IMG/VR virus record: IMGVR_UViG_3300036828_000767
Span: 1-53,515 of that record
From: a virus
Lineage: Duplodnaviria; Heunggongvirae; Uroviricota; Caudoviricetes
DNA length: 53,515 nucleotides
Direction: 5' to 3' (one strand)
Shown here in pieces: positions 17,913-26,053 of this stretch. A model generated the notes under the pieces. The model ran no database searches. It had not been told where the DNA came from and worked only from the letters and a program-made list of their open reading frames with translations. The position numbers were made by a program, and so were the translations under genes. Numbering within the stretch: the first letter of the stretch is position 1; the number at the start of each line of letters is the position of its first letter.

Positions 17913-20183
17913 TTAACTGCCCTTAACGTACGGCACCGGCACCTGACCCTCACGAACCGTCGCTATGGCCGGCTGGTCAATTCCAGGTGCCAGCACCGAC
18001 CCGTATGAACTTCGCCCACCTGCTACTGAGGGCACCAGGGAAACCCCGCCATCAACGTGGGGCGCCGGGAACACGCCCGCATGAGCGAACCCGTCCGTGA
18101 CGAGCGCGACCACCGTGCCAGCCGCAGTGACCAGACCCACGCCCGCAATGTTCGCAACGGCAGACAGCCGGCCTGTGGTGACAACGTTCCCCTGGCCGTT
18201 AATGGAAACCGTTACCGATATGACCGCGGGGGCGGTGTTCACACTGCCCAGCCCGGTGATCGCCATACTGCCAAACGCGGTAACGGTCAGCAGGCCCTGC
18301 CCCGTGATGGACATGGTGGCCTGCTGAATCCCAGCGGTGACAACAGCGCCGGCGCCAGCTATCGAAGCAGGCGACGTCACCACCGCTGGCACGGTAAGCG
18401 AACCGGCACCAGCCATGGTGACCGCGGCGGCCAGAACTCCGGCGACAATGATCGACCCGGCACCGGTGAGCGTCGCCCCGTTAGCACCACCGGGGCTGGC
18501 GGTAACCGAACCAGCTCCCGTGAGCGTCAGCCCAGCGAACTGCACCGCTGCTGTGGTGACGGTCCCGGCGCCGGCGAGGCTCAGCGTGGCCGGGATAATA
18601 ATGGCCGGTGCGCTGATCGTGCCGGCACCGATGACCGTGACCCCGGCCCGAGTGATGGCCGTATTGGTCACCAGGCCGGCGCCTGCCAGTGTGAGTCCAG
18701 CAAGCTGCACAGCGACTGTGGTAACCGACCCGGCACCCGCCAGGGACAAGGCGGCGAGCTGCACCGCCGCTGTGGTCACGCTGCCCGCGCCGGTCATGGT
18801 GACCGCGGCACTCTGAACGCCGAGGACCACAATGGACCCTGCGCCGGTGATCGTAACCCCGTTGATGTTGGCTGCGGTGACCAGGCCCGCACCTGTGAGC
18901 GTCAACCCGGCTAGCTGCACCGCTGGGAGGATGATGGTTCCTACGCCCGCGATAGCCAGGGCCGCGGGGACGATCACCGCTGGTGCGTTTACCGTCCCCG
19001 CGCCGATAACTGTGATCCCGGCACTGATGATGTCGCTATTGGTGACCAGGCCCGCACCCGTGAGCGTCAATGCGGCTAGCTGAACCGCTGAAAGAGCGAT
19101 GGTTCCTGCGCCAGCGATTGACAGTGACGCAGGGATGATCACCGCGGGCGCAGCGATGGTCCCAGCGCCGATAATCGTGTTCCCGCCGCTGATGATGTCC
19201 GAGTTCGTCACCGACCCGGCGCCGGCGAGGGTGTCAATGGCGGACTGCACCGCCGTGTTCGTCAAGGCACCCGCACCGGCTAGGGTGACCGGCGACGAAA
19301 CAACCGAGGTGGTGGTCACCGCCCCCGCGCCGGCGAACCCAGCCGGGTCGTTCGGCGCCAGAATCGTCGCCGCCGTGGTTACCGAACCAGCGCCGGTGAT
19401 AGATAGCGCACCCTGGAAGGTGACCGGGCCGCCCGCATCCATCGAGGACGGCGGCGGTGCGGTGGGGCGGCGGCGCATCCGGCGCATCTTGTCCCGGCGG
19501 CGGGACACCGCGATGGGGAAGCTGTCTGGCGCTGGTGAGACAACGATCGTCTCGATGTTGCTGCTGACCGTGGTGGAAACGGTGGCGGTCTGCTGCGTCA
19601 CCGTAGTAGCGGCGGTGAGTTGCTGAGTGAGGACTGCCTGTTCTTCCTCTGCCGACCCGGAGACGTTCGTGCAGCCGTCAGCCTGGCTGGTGACCGTGCC
19701 CCCGGTGCCCCCGGCCGGAGCCACTGCGGTCACCTGCACGGACGCGGTGGTCGGCCGTAGACCTGTGATGTATATGATCAGGTCAGACGCGGTGGCCGGG
19801 GTGATCGCCCCATAGGTGATGGTCGTGGATGCGGTGCCGCCGAGCGTGTTGACGTAGACCGCGGTACCGGCCCAGTTCCCCAGCGCCAGGCAGGAGACGA
19901 TGAACGTCACCGCCGACGAAATAGTCAGCGTCGGCGTATCAGTCGCGGACCCGTCAGAAACTCGCTCGTAAACGGCAAGGTTGTCGTTAGTCTGCTGGGT
20001 CTTGTGTTTGAGCGTCCAGCCGGTCGGGTCGGTCAGCGTGACCGCGGACCCGGACCAGGCCGCCGCCAGAATCAGCTTGTCCCCGGCTACCGTTCCAGCT
20101 GGGACGCCCGGTGCCCGGGTTGCGCTGGCCGTAGTAGAAGCCGCGCCATCTTGTGCAACACCACGGAATATGACCTGCCCCAT
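17913..20183 (-). CDS. Repetitive Thr/Ala/Gly-rich virion fibre-like protein
   Basis: About 24 repeats of [LIMV][TAI]G[AVQL]G at roughly 17-18 aa spacing after a globular N-terminal domain. Confidence 0.7.
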   Translation of the reverse strand: MGQVIFRGVAQDGAASTTASATRAPGVPAGTVAGDKLILAAAWSGSAVTLTDPTGWTLKHKTQQTNDNLAVYERVSDGSATDTPTLTISSAVTFIVSCLALGNWAGTAVYVNTLGGTASTTITYGAITPATASDLIIYITGLRPTTASVQVTAVAPAGGTGGTVTSQADGCTNVSGSAEEEQAVLTQQLTAATTVTQQTATVSTTVSSNIETIVVSPAPDSFPIAVSRRRDKMRRMRRRPTAPPPSSMDAGGPVTFQGALSITGAGSVTTAATILAPNDPAGFAGAGAVTTTSVVSSPVTLAGAGALTNTAVQSAIDTLAGAGSVTNSDIISGGNTIIGAGTIAAPAVIIPASLSIAGAGTIALSAVQLAALTLTGAGLVTNSDIISAGITVIGAGTVNAPAVIVPAALAIAGVGTIILPAVQLAGLTLTGAGLVTAANINGVTITGAGSIVVLGVQSAAVTMTGAGSVTTAAVQLAALSLAGAGSVTTVAVQLAGLTLAGAGLVTNTAITRAGVTVIGAGTISAPAIIIPATLSLAGAGTVTTAAVQFAGLTLTGAGSVTASPGGANGATLTGAGSIIVAGVLAAAVTMAGAGSLTVPAVVTSPASIAGAGAVVTAGIQQATMSITGQGLLTVTAFGSMAITGLGSVNTAPAVISVTVSINGQGNVVTTGRLSAVANIAGVGLVTAAGTVVALVTDGFAHAGVFPAPHVDGGVSLVPSVAGGRSSYGSVLAPGIDQPAIATVREGQVPVPYVKGS

Positions 20184-20243
20184 GCAGGCCCTCCTGTCAG
20201 CCGCCCTGGGTGACGGTGACCGTCATCGCCACGATGGCATAGG

Positions 20244-20831
20244 TCAACTTTCCGCGTACAGCTTGGCCCAGTCAGGGGTGACCGTGTTCCCGGCGGTGCC
20301 CGCGCCGAGAATGATCGCCGGCCACAGGTACATAACCTGCTGCGGGTCGAACGTGGTGAACGTGACAGCGGTGTTGGCCGCCGGGCAGGACACCTTGAAC
20401 GGTGAGGCGAACGCCAGCGACTCCACCCAGCCTGAGGTGACCAGGGTCGAGTTCGCCCCCGGTGCGCCAAGCGCCCGCAGTTTGATGTGCCATTCGGCGC
20501 GGAACCGGGCCAGGGTCACCGCCCCGCCGGGGGTGTTGGTGCCGGAGACCGCATGCAACTGGTTGGTGGTGCTGAAGGCCGCCGGGTTGGCCTGGCTCAT
20601 GTACAGCAGGAACGCGAACGTGGGGATGGTCGCGGTGGCGGTCAGGCCGCCTTCGATTACCAGCTTCAAACTGGACGCCTGGTCGCCCAGTTTGAACATT
20701 TGCCCGGCCGGGACCGTGATAGCGGGCCACCCGTTGCACATCGTGGACCCGGGGCTGGCGGTCGGGACACTGGCCGACGCCGCTTGCGAGTAGGAGAACA
20801 GAGTCTCAACAACCCGGTCATAACCGGCCAC
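20244..20831 (-). CDS. Hypothetical virion protein
   Basis: 195 aa beta-rich ORF with GGAGG RBS in the structural operon. Confidence 0.65.
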   Translation of the reverse strand: MAGYDRVVETLFSYSQAASASVPTASPGSTMCNGWPAITVPAGQMFKLGDQASSLKLVIEGGLTATATIPTFAFLLYMSQANPAAFSTTNQLHAVSGTNTPGGAVTLARFRAEWHIKLRALGAPGANSTLVTSGWVESLAFASPFKVSCPAANTAVTFTTFDPQQVMYLWPAIILGAGTAGNTVTPDWAKLYAES

Positions 20832-20846
20832 AGGGCCTCCGTCCTT

Positions 20847-21278
20847 TTAAGCCGCGCTAACCGACACAGCGTTTTGAGCGACAGCGAACGTGTTCCCGTT
20901 CGCCACCACAACAGGGTCGCCGTTCCAGTTCCCGAACCAGCCACGCGCCTGCGACGAGTCGATGATTTCCAGCGAGTGAATGCTCCAGTTGCCGCCGGAA
21001 CCGTTCACCCACTGCACACCGGCGAAGTTCGGCAGTGTCACCGCTGAGCCTGCGGAGGAAGCAGTCGAAGCGGTAGTGAGCACGAACCCGTTAGCGGTGT
21101 ACCCGGTGCCGGTCAGTTCCGTGCCGGACGCCGCCGCGGTCGAGTCGGTGGACGTCAGCTTCATCGTCATCGCTGTCGTGGTGGCGTACTGGGTGAACGC
21201 GGTCGGCTTCGCACCTGTCGCAGTCGGCAGCGAACCGTTCAAAAGGTTGGTGATCAGCGTGTTCGAAATGCCAGACAT
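20847..21278 (-). CDS. Small virion structural protein (fibre-associated family)
   Basis: GTELTGTGY...VTLPNF...GNWSIHSLEIIDS...VVANGNTFAV pattern common in phage structural modules. Confidence 0.6.
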   Translation of the reverse strand: MSGISNTLITNLLNGSLPTATGAKPTAFTQYATTTAMTMKLTSTDSTAAASGTELTGTGYTANGFVLTTASTASSAGSAVTLPNFAGVQWVNGSGGNWSIHSLEIIDSSQARGWFGNWNGDPVVVANGNTFAVAQNAVSVSAA

Positions 21279-21281
21279 GGC

Positions 21282-21662
21282 CTACCCCGTTGCCAGTTGC
21301 ATGTTCACCGGAGACGTCGCCGTCTTCGAACCAGGAACCACCGTGATCGTCAGCGGGCGGCACACCGTGCAGCCATCAATCCCAAGCCCGCAGTGACCGC
21401 CGGGGCACGGCTCACCAACCGGGGTAAGCACCGCGCAATCCACCACCGCGCAACCGCCGTGGCCACCGGCGCAGTTGTTCGCAGCCTTACCGTGGTGGTG
21501 GTCCTGCGGGCAACAGGAACAGGCACTTCCCGCACCAAGGTCAAACGCGGCATCAGGGTCAGTGTGCGGACAATCCGGCTTTCCGCAGCGCATCGCCTGC
21601 GGGGCCATCTCACATTCGGCGTAATGCGTACGGTGACACTGGTTGCAACTGATAGCCAGCAT
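21282..21662 (-). CDS. Cys/His-rich metal-binding protein
   Basis: 15 Cys and 8 His in 126 aa; AAGGA RBS. Confidence 0.65.
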   Translation of the reverse strand: MLAISCNQCHRTHYAECEMAPQAMRCGKPDCPHTDPDAAFDLGAGSACSCCPQDHHHGKAANNCAGGHGGCAVVDCAVLTPVGEPCPGGHCGLGIDGCTVCRPLTITVVPGSKTATSPVNMQLATG

Positions 21663-21689
21663 CCGGCCATCCTTTCGTCCAGGTCAACC

Positions 21690-22199
21690 TTACTCGGCGA
21701 CCCGCCTGAGTTGGTGATTGTAGAGACCCCAGCCAGCTTTGCCTTCCGCGTTGAGTTGCTGCATCCGGGCAGAGGAAGCAGCCCTGCGCTCCGGCGTCAT
21801 AGCCCGCGAAAGAGCAACGCGCGTCTCTGGCGTGAAGTCGTAGCGCCGATGACACGAGTGACACAAAGGCACGTAGTCAGCCCACGGGGCCTTACCGTCT
21901 TCACCGTGGACCTGTGCCCATTCGTGAGCGGTCTTGCTGATACCGTCCTCGGCGCAGCGCACACATTCGTGTTCGGTGGCCTTACCCCGCAGCCTGCGCA
22001 CCCGGCGGTGCAAGTTCATATAGCCGTTACCATCGCCCAGATCAGGACGGCTGTGATGACCGCATGTACAGCTCGGCGGACACATCACTCCCTTCCGGGG
22101 ATGGCCCTTATGCCGGTTGCAGGTACACCCTGACGCGCAAGGATGACTACGACTGGCGGGGTCATGCTTACCGCACCGACAATTAGGAGGGCATTTCAT
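21690..22199 (-). CDS. HNH-type endonuclease with three N-terminal CxxxCxCxxH repeats
   Basis: LHRRVRRLRGKATEHECVRC...YVPLCHSCHRRYD; repeats CPPNCRCGKH, CASGCTCNRH, CPPSCTCGHH. Confidence 0.75.
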   Translation of the reverse strand: MKCPPNCRCGKHDPASRSHPCASGCTCNRHKGHPRKGVMCPPSCTCGHHSRPDLGDGNGYMNLHRRVRRLRGKATEHECVRCAEDGISKTAHEWAQVHGEDGKAPWADYVPLCHSCHRRYDFTPETRVALSRAMTPERRAASSARMQQLNAEGKAGWGLYNHQLRRVAE

Positions 22200-22201
22200 G
22201 T

Positions 22202-22666
22202 TTATTCGGCTATTTTCACGTAAAAGTCGAAACCGACGGCCAGCGCGGAAATCTGCCAAATCACAAGCTGGTTCACCGCCGCGCCGGCCCACAGGACGAA
22301 CTCACCAGGTGCCCACGTGAAAATCGACCCGGCACCGGGAACCGCCTGCAACTCCCACCTGCGCATGAAGTTCGCTGGCGCGGTGGGCTGCAAGGTGCCG
22401 AACGACGTGGTGACCACAGTGTGACCAGCGGCACGCCACGGCGTAAGCGCCTGCACCGTGGAACCACCGACGGTGCCTGTGCCTGCCGCGGAGGGAACAC
22501 CAATGCCAAGTTCTGCGGCGACACCGGTGACGTTGAAAATGCCAATTTCCCGGATTTCCGGTGGCCCCGTCCCCACGGCGATGGTCGCTGGGACGACGGT
22601 GCCGACCGGCCCAGCGGCAGCGCCTGTCGTCTTAGCAAGGCCGATCTCGTAGATGATTTCAGCCAT
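22202..22666 (-). CDS. Hypothetical virion protein
   Basis: 154 aa beta-rich ORF directly after the upstream gene. Confidence 0.65.
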   Translation of the reverse strand: MAEIIYEIGLAKTTGAAAGPVGTVVPATIAVGTGPPEIREIGIFNVTGVAAELGIGVPSAAGTGTVGGSTVQALTPWRAAGHTVVTTSFGTLQPTAPANFMRRWELQAVPGAGSIFTWAPGEFVLWAGAAVNQLVIWQISALAVGFDFYVKIAE

Positions 22667-22942
22667 TTATTCGCTCCGGGTGCTGGTCCTGCTGCGCGCG
22701 CCACGCTGGTCAGCGCGATGCGGGTTGGCCGGTACCGGGTCGTTCTCCGATTCCAGTTCGGCGGCCGGTTCGGGCCTGGCCACGTCGTAGTGCACCCGCA
22801 GCGGCTCGAACAGGGCCTGGTGGTCACGGAGAATCGGATGCCCGGCGGCGACGATAGTCACCCCGGCGGTCAGGAAAATCGGCTGCCCGCCGAAGTCGAA
22901 GTTGGCCGACTCCTTGGCGACGTAAAAATCTGGTGCTGCCAT
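22667..22942 (-). CDS. Small head-module protein (paralog of 49998-50192)
   Basis: YVAKES...GGQPIFLTAGVTIVAAGHPIL...LFEP; AGGAGG RBS. Confidence 0.7.
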   Translation of the reverse strand: MAAPDFYVAKESANFDFGGQPIFLTAGVTIVAAGHPILRDHQALFEPLRVHYDVARPEPAAELESENDPVPANPHRADQRGARSRTSTRSE

Positions 22943-23647
22943 TTAGTCCCTCCTGGGTATGGCGCGGAGCCAGCCATGCTGATGCCACATGTCACTACCT
23001 TCAGGGTAATGCGGGTGGCGTACAGTTTCCACATCGTGGCCGCTGGCGGTGAGCAGGGTTTCGCATTCTTCTTTCAGCCCTGGGGCGTGGAACTCTATCA
23101 GCCACTTCGTCCCGCATGCGGCCATGAGCATCTGACCGCCGCGGAGAACCGCCGCTTCGTGGCCTTCGGTGTCGATGACCACCAGGTCCGGGTCGCCGAT
23201 GTCATCGGCGAGAGTGTCGAGGGTGGTGCACGGCACCGCGTGCAGTTTCGCCTCACCCCAGTCCGGCAGCGACCACTCCATCCCGTCGGTGCCGGGGGTG
23301 ACCCATTCCCCCTTGCTGATAGCCATGGGTACTTCAGCGAGCTGCACCGTGCCGACATGGTCGGAGACAGCGACATTCATCAGCAGCGCCCACGGGATAT
23401 GCGCTTCACGTCTTTGGTCTTCCAGGTCAGGTTCAGCCCACGCATGGAACCGCTGCCGGAGGTCACCGTAGGAACCAGGTTCGGGTTCGCAGGCGATGAT
23501 GCCCCGGTACCCGAGGGCAGCGAACTGGGCGAAGTTTTCACCTTTCCTCGCGCCGATGTCGAACGCGAGGTCACCAATAAGGTCACGCCATAGGACCGGT
23601 TCGACGGAAGGCGGGTCAGATGGCACCAGAGGAGGCAGTTCAGGCAC
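22943..23647 (-). CDS. FkbM-family SAM-dependent methyltransferase
   Basis: AFDIGARKGE (motif I), IACEPEP, NVAVSD, VPCTTLDTL, LVVIDTEGHEAAVLRGG, LIEFH; GGAGGA before GTG at 23647. Confidence 0.9.
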   Translation of the reverse strand: MPELPPLVPSDPPSVEPVLWRDLIGDLAFDIGARKGENFAQFAALGYRGIIACEPEPGSYGDLRQRFHAWAEPDLEDQRREAHIPWALLMNVAVSDHVGTVQLAEVPMAISKGEWVTPGTDGMEWSLPDWGEAKLHAVPCTTLDTLADDIGDPDLVVIDTEGHEAAVLRGGQMLMAACGTKWLIEFHAPGLKEECETLLTASGHDVETVRHPHYPEGSDMWHQHGWLRAIPRRD

Positions 23648-24452
23648 TGATTCCTCCACGGACGGTGTCGAGCTGGTATTTGCCTGGTTCGCGGTGCGGG
23701 CGGAACGATTGCGCCTGGGAGAACGCAAACGACGTTTCGCTTGACGCCCAGCCTTCGAGGCGGCCGATGTTCTGCGACCTGGAAGCATCCGGCACCACGC
23801 ACAGCTTGTCATGGTTCGGCAGGATACGGGTCGCTATGTTCCAGTCCCAGCCAGAATCGAACCCCTTGGTGCCGGAAGTGCAATCCCAGTCCCAGTCCTT
23901 GGCGAACATGGGCCACCGGTCCCACCACGTACCCCAGCACCAGGCATTGAAGTACGGCGTAAGCCGCACCTGCCACTGGTCCGCGTCACCGTCATCAGCA
24001 GGCTCGTGTTTGTCCCACCCCTGCCCGCCAGGCGAATGAGCGCATACCGCAGCGACCTGCTCGTTGCTGGCGAACTCCGTTGCGGCCCAGGCGAAGTACT
24101 CCAGGATGTCGTCGGACACCACCACGTCTTCTTCGCCGAAAATCACAAACGCCGGTTCGGGGGACCAGTTCACCATGTCAGCGAACAAGGCGTCGCCCAT
24201 GTCGCCGATAGCCCTGTGCATGCCCATGTTCGGCACGGGGTCAGGGTGAACAATCACACCAGGGCGGTGCATCAGTTCGCTCTGCTGGAGGACGGCTGTC
24301 ATTTCCCGTTCCCGGTCGCTACGGCCCATCGCGACGTAGAACTCTTGCACTTCGCCGATACCCCGGGCTTGTTCCCACGATTTGACAGTTTCCCGCCAGT
24401 AGTAGGGACGCTTACAAGCGGTCGTGGCGACAGCCATGTCGGCTGGGGTCAC
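23640..24452 (-). CDS. GT-A glycosyltransferase, GT13 (GnT-I)-like
   Basis: TACKRPYY, VIFGEEDVVVSDDILEYF, AVCAHS, FNAWCWGTWWDRW, GWDWNI, VVPDASRSQNIG; start uncertain (24437-24530). Confidence 0.7.
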   Translation of the reverse strand: MTPADMAVATTACKRPYYWRETVKSWEQARGIGEVQEFYVAMGRSDREREMTAVLQQSELMHRPGVIVHPDPVPNMGMHRAIGDMGDALFADMVNWSPEPAFVIFGEEDVVVSDDILEYFAWAATEFASNEQVAAVCAHSPGGQGWDKHEPADDGDADQWQVRLTPYFNAWCWGTWWDRWPMFAKDWDWDCTSGTKGFDSGWDWNIATRILPNHDKLCVVPDASRSQNIGRLEGWASSETSFAFSQAQSFRPHREPGKYQLDTVRGGISA

Positions 24453-24513
24453 CAGGATGCACCCTTCGGCACGTAGGCCCGCACCGTGCCGCAGCGGACC
24501 GGCAGGGGGTATC

Positions 24514-24693
24514 TCACGCGCCTTCCTCATGCGCCGAATGGAACAGCCCGGTGCCGCACGCCACGCAAGCCGCCATGTTCATCGGGTCCGGCGTGAACGG
24601 GTGCTTCACCTCCTGCGCGTCCGCGGTGGTGCCGTCGATGCCGTACGCCTGACGCACCGGCTCACCGCGGTTCTCGAACTGCTGGTCAGTCAC
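24514..24693 (-). CDS. Small Zn-finger-like protein (59 aa)
   Basis: MTDQQFENRGEP...KHPF...CVACGTGLFHSAHEEGA; GTGA overlap with upstream gene; not in ORF track. Confidence 0.6.
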   Translation of the reverse strand: MTDQQFENRGEPVRQAYGIDGTTADAQEVKHPFTPDPMNMAACVACGTGLFHSAHEEGA

Positions 24694-24902
24694 GACTGCC
24701 TCGCAATTGCGGCATTACCCCAGAACATGACTTCCTCCAGATGAGTGATGGCCAGGGACTTCTCCCGGCCTTCGGGAAGCATCGCGTTCAGGTTGTAGGC
24801 GAGCACCTTGCAGCCCTGCCTCACATCGTGATGCTCGTTGACCCGGAACTGGTCCGGCGGGGGATGATGGCCGAACCTGGCATCAAGATCGTCAGGGCTC
24901 AC
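24690..24902 (-). CDS. Tad1/Acb2-like hairpin protein (candidate nucleotide-signal sponge)
   Basis: RFGHHPP...PEGREKSLAITHLEEVMFWGNAAIAR resembles the Tad1 C-terminal helix (SRENACALTHVEEALMW, recalled). Confidence 0.7.
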   Translation of the reverse strand: MSPDDLDARFGHHPPPDQFRVNEHHDVRQGCKVLAYNLNAMLPEGREKSLAITHLEEVMFWGNAAIARQS

Positions 24903-25066
24903 TTGTGACCCTTCTTCTTCTCGTCCTTGGTGCCGTCAAGCTGGAACGGCACCGCGTACCCGCCAGCGGAATCGACATCCAGTGACATGACACGCATCTG
25001 CCCGTCACCGGTACCAGCGTCCTGCACCTCGACGATCTGCGGCTGCTCAGTCTTCTTGTCGGGCAT
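24899..25066 (-). CDS. 55-aa protein carrying a copy of the major-capsid N-arm motif
   Basis: MPDKKTEQPQIVEVQDAGTGDGQMRVMSLDVDSAGGYAVPFQLDGTKDEKKKGHK; AGGAGG RBS; stop overlaps next GTG; not in ORF track. Confidence 0.75.
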   Translation of the reverse strand: MPDKKTEQPQIVEVQDAGTGDGQMRVMSLDVDSAGGYAVPFQLDGTKDEKKKGHK

Positions 25067-25075
25067 TGCTTCCTC

Positions 25076-25216
25076 CTATCGCGCGGGCCACCCGGCCTCG
25101 AACCCGGGGATACCCAACCGGAACAACCACGGCAGCGACCGGACACGCGGGTCATCCGCTGCCACCATCCCGAACGAGTTGCCGTTGCTGTACGCGCTGT
25201 TGCCATTAAGCAACAT
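25076..25216 (-). CDS. Small hypothetical protein (46 aa)
   Basis: AAGGAAGG RBS; MLLNGNSAYSNGNSFGMVAADDPRVRSLPWLF, weakly like VAAGHPILR...LF of 22667-22942. Confidence 0.5.
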   Translation of the reverse strand: MLLNGNSAYSNGNSFGMVAADDPRVRSLPWLFRLGIPGFEAGWPAR

Positions 25217-25288
25217 GACTACCTTCCTTGAACGTAGTGACCTGCCGTTATGTCGAGCGGCTAACATTTCGGCCATGGACAAGCCTTT

Positions 25289-26053
25289 TCATACACTACC
25301 AGGCCGTGGTCTGAACCAGTTTGGCGGACAACGCCGCTCCCGGACGTAGCGCGGCCACGTCCCGTCCACATCCACGGCCACCATCTGTACATCATGATGC
25401 TCACCGTGGTAGTACCCGTGCCCCCCCGCGAGGATGCGCCGTTCCAGGTCCGGCAACTCCCGGTGACATGACACTGTCAGCTTCTCGTTCTGCGCCTGCG
25501 GACCACCCAACCAGGACAAATGCCACCCACCGTCCGCAAGCAGCCGGTACGCAGGCCGCCCATCACGAACCGCAGACAGCTTCTGCCCCTTGATGTACTT
25601 CGCCAGGCCGATCACCGAACCAGGCATCGGCGCCGGGTACAGCCAGTCCACCGCACTATGACAGGTCCGCATCAGCAGCCCCGCCGGCGGCCCGCCGTAC
25701 GTCATCAGGTGCTGCGCCGGGATTTCGTCCGCGTCGGCGATCAGCACCAGGTCGTCGTCGGCGGCGAGCTTGTCAATGGTGGCGCACATGGCGTCCCGCT
25801 GGGCATGTTCACGCACCCACGGGTCCTCTGCGTCGGGCAGCTCCGGCACCACCACGTGGAATATCTTGTCCCACCACCGGTTGAACCGGCCTTCGTTCGC
25901 CGCGTAGAAAAGCGGCTTGTCCCGGCCGTGGAAATCCTGCAACGACTCGACAAGGACATGGTTCACTTCCACGCCGTATGCCTCGAACTCCTCGAACCGG
26001 CACTGGGCCATATCCAGCTCGTTGCGGAACATGAACGTGTCCCAGATCATCAT
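25289..26053 (-). CDS. GT17-family (GnT-III-like) glycosyltransferase
   Basis: DTFMFRNELDM..RF, HVLVES, KPLFY, EHAQRD, DDLVLIADADEIP, GGWHLSWLGG. Confidence 0.85.
   Translation of the reverse strand: MMIWDTFMFRNELDMAQCRFEEFEAYGVEVNHVLVESLQDFHGRDKPLFYAANEGRFNRWWDKIFHVVVPELPDAEDPWVREHAQRDAMCATIDKLAADDDLVLIADADEIPAQHLMTYGGPPAGLLMRTCHSAVDWLYPAPMPGSVIGLAKYIKGQKLSAVRDGRPAYRLLADGGWHLSWLGGPQAQNEKLTVSCHRELPDLERRILAGGHGYYHGEHHDVQMVAVDVDGTWPRYVRERRCPPNWFRPRPGSV

Noticed and set aside
18200-19400. Repeats as CRISPR array or DGR template/variable pair
   Set aside because: Degenerate coding repeats without spacers; no reverse transcriptase or cas gene in the window.
20197-20247. 16-codon ORF MTYAIVAMTVTVTQGG
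   Set aside because: Too short, TTG start, no clear RBS.
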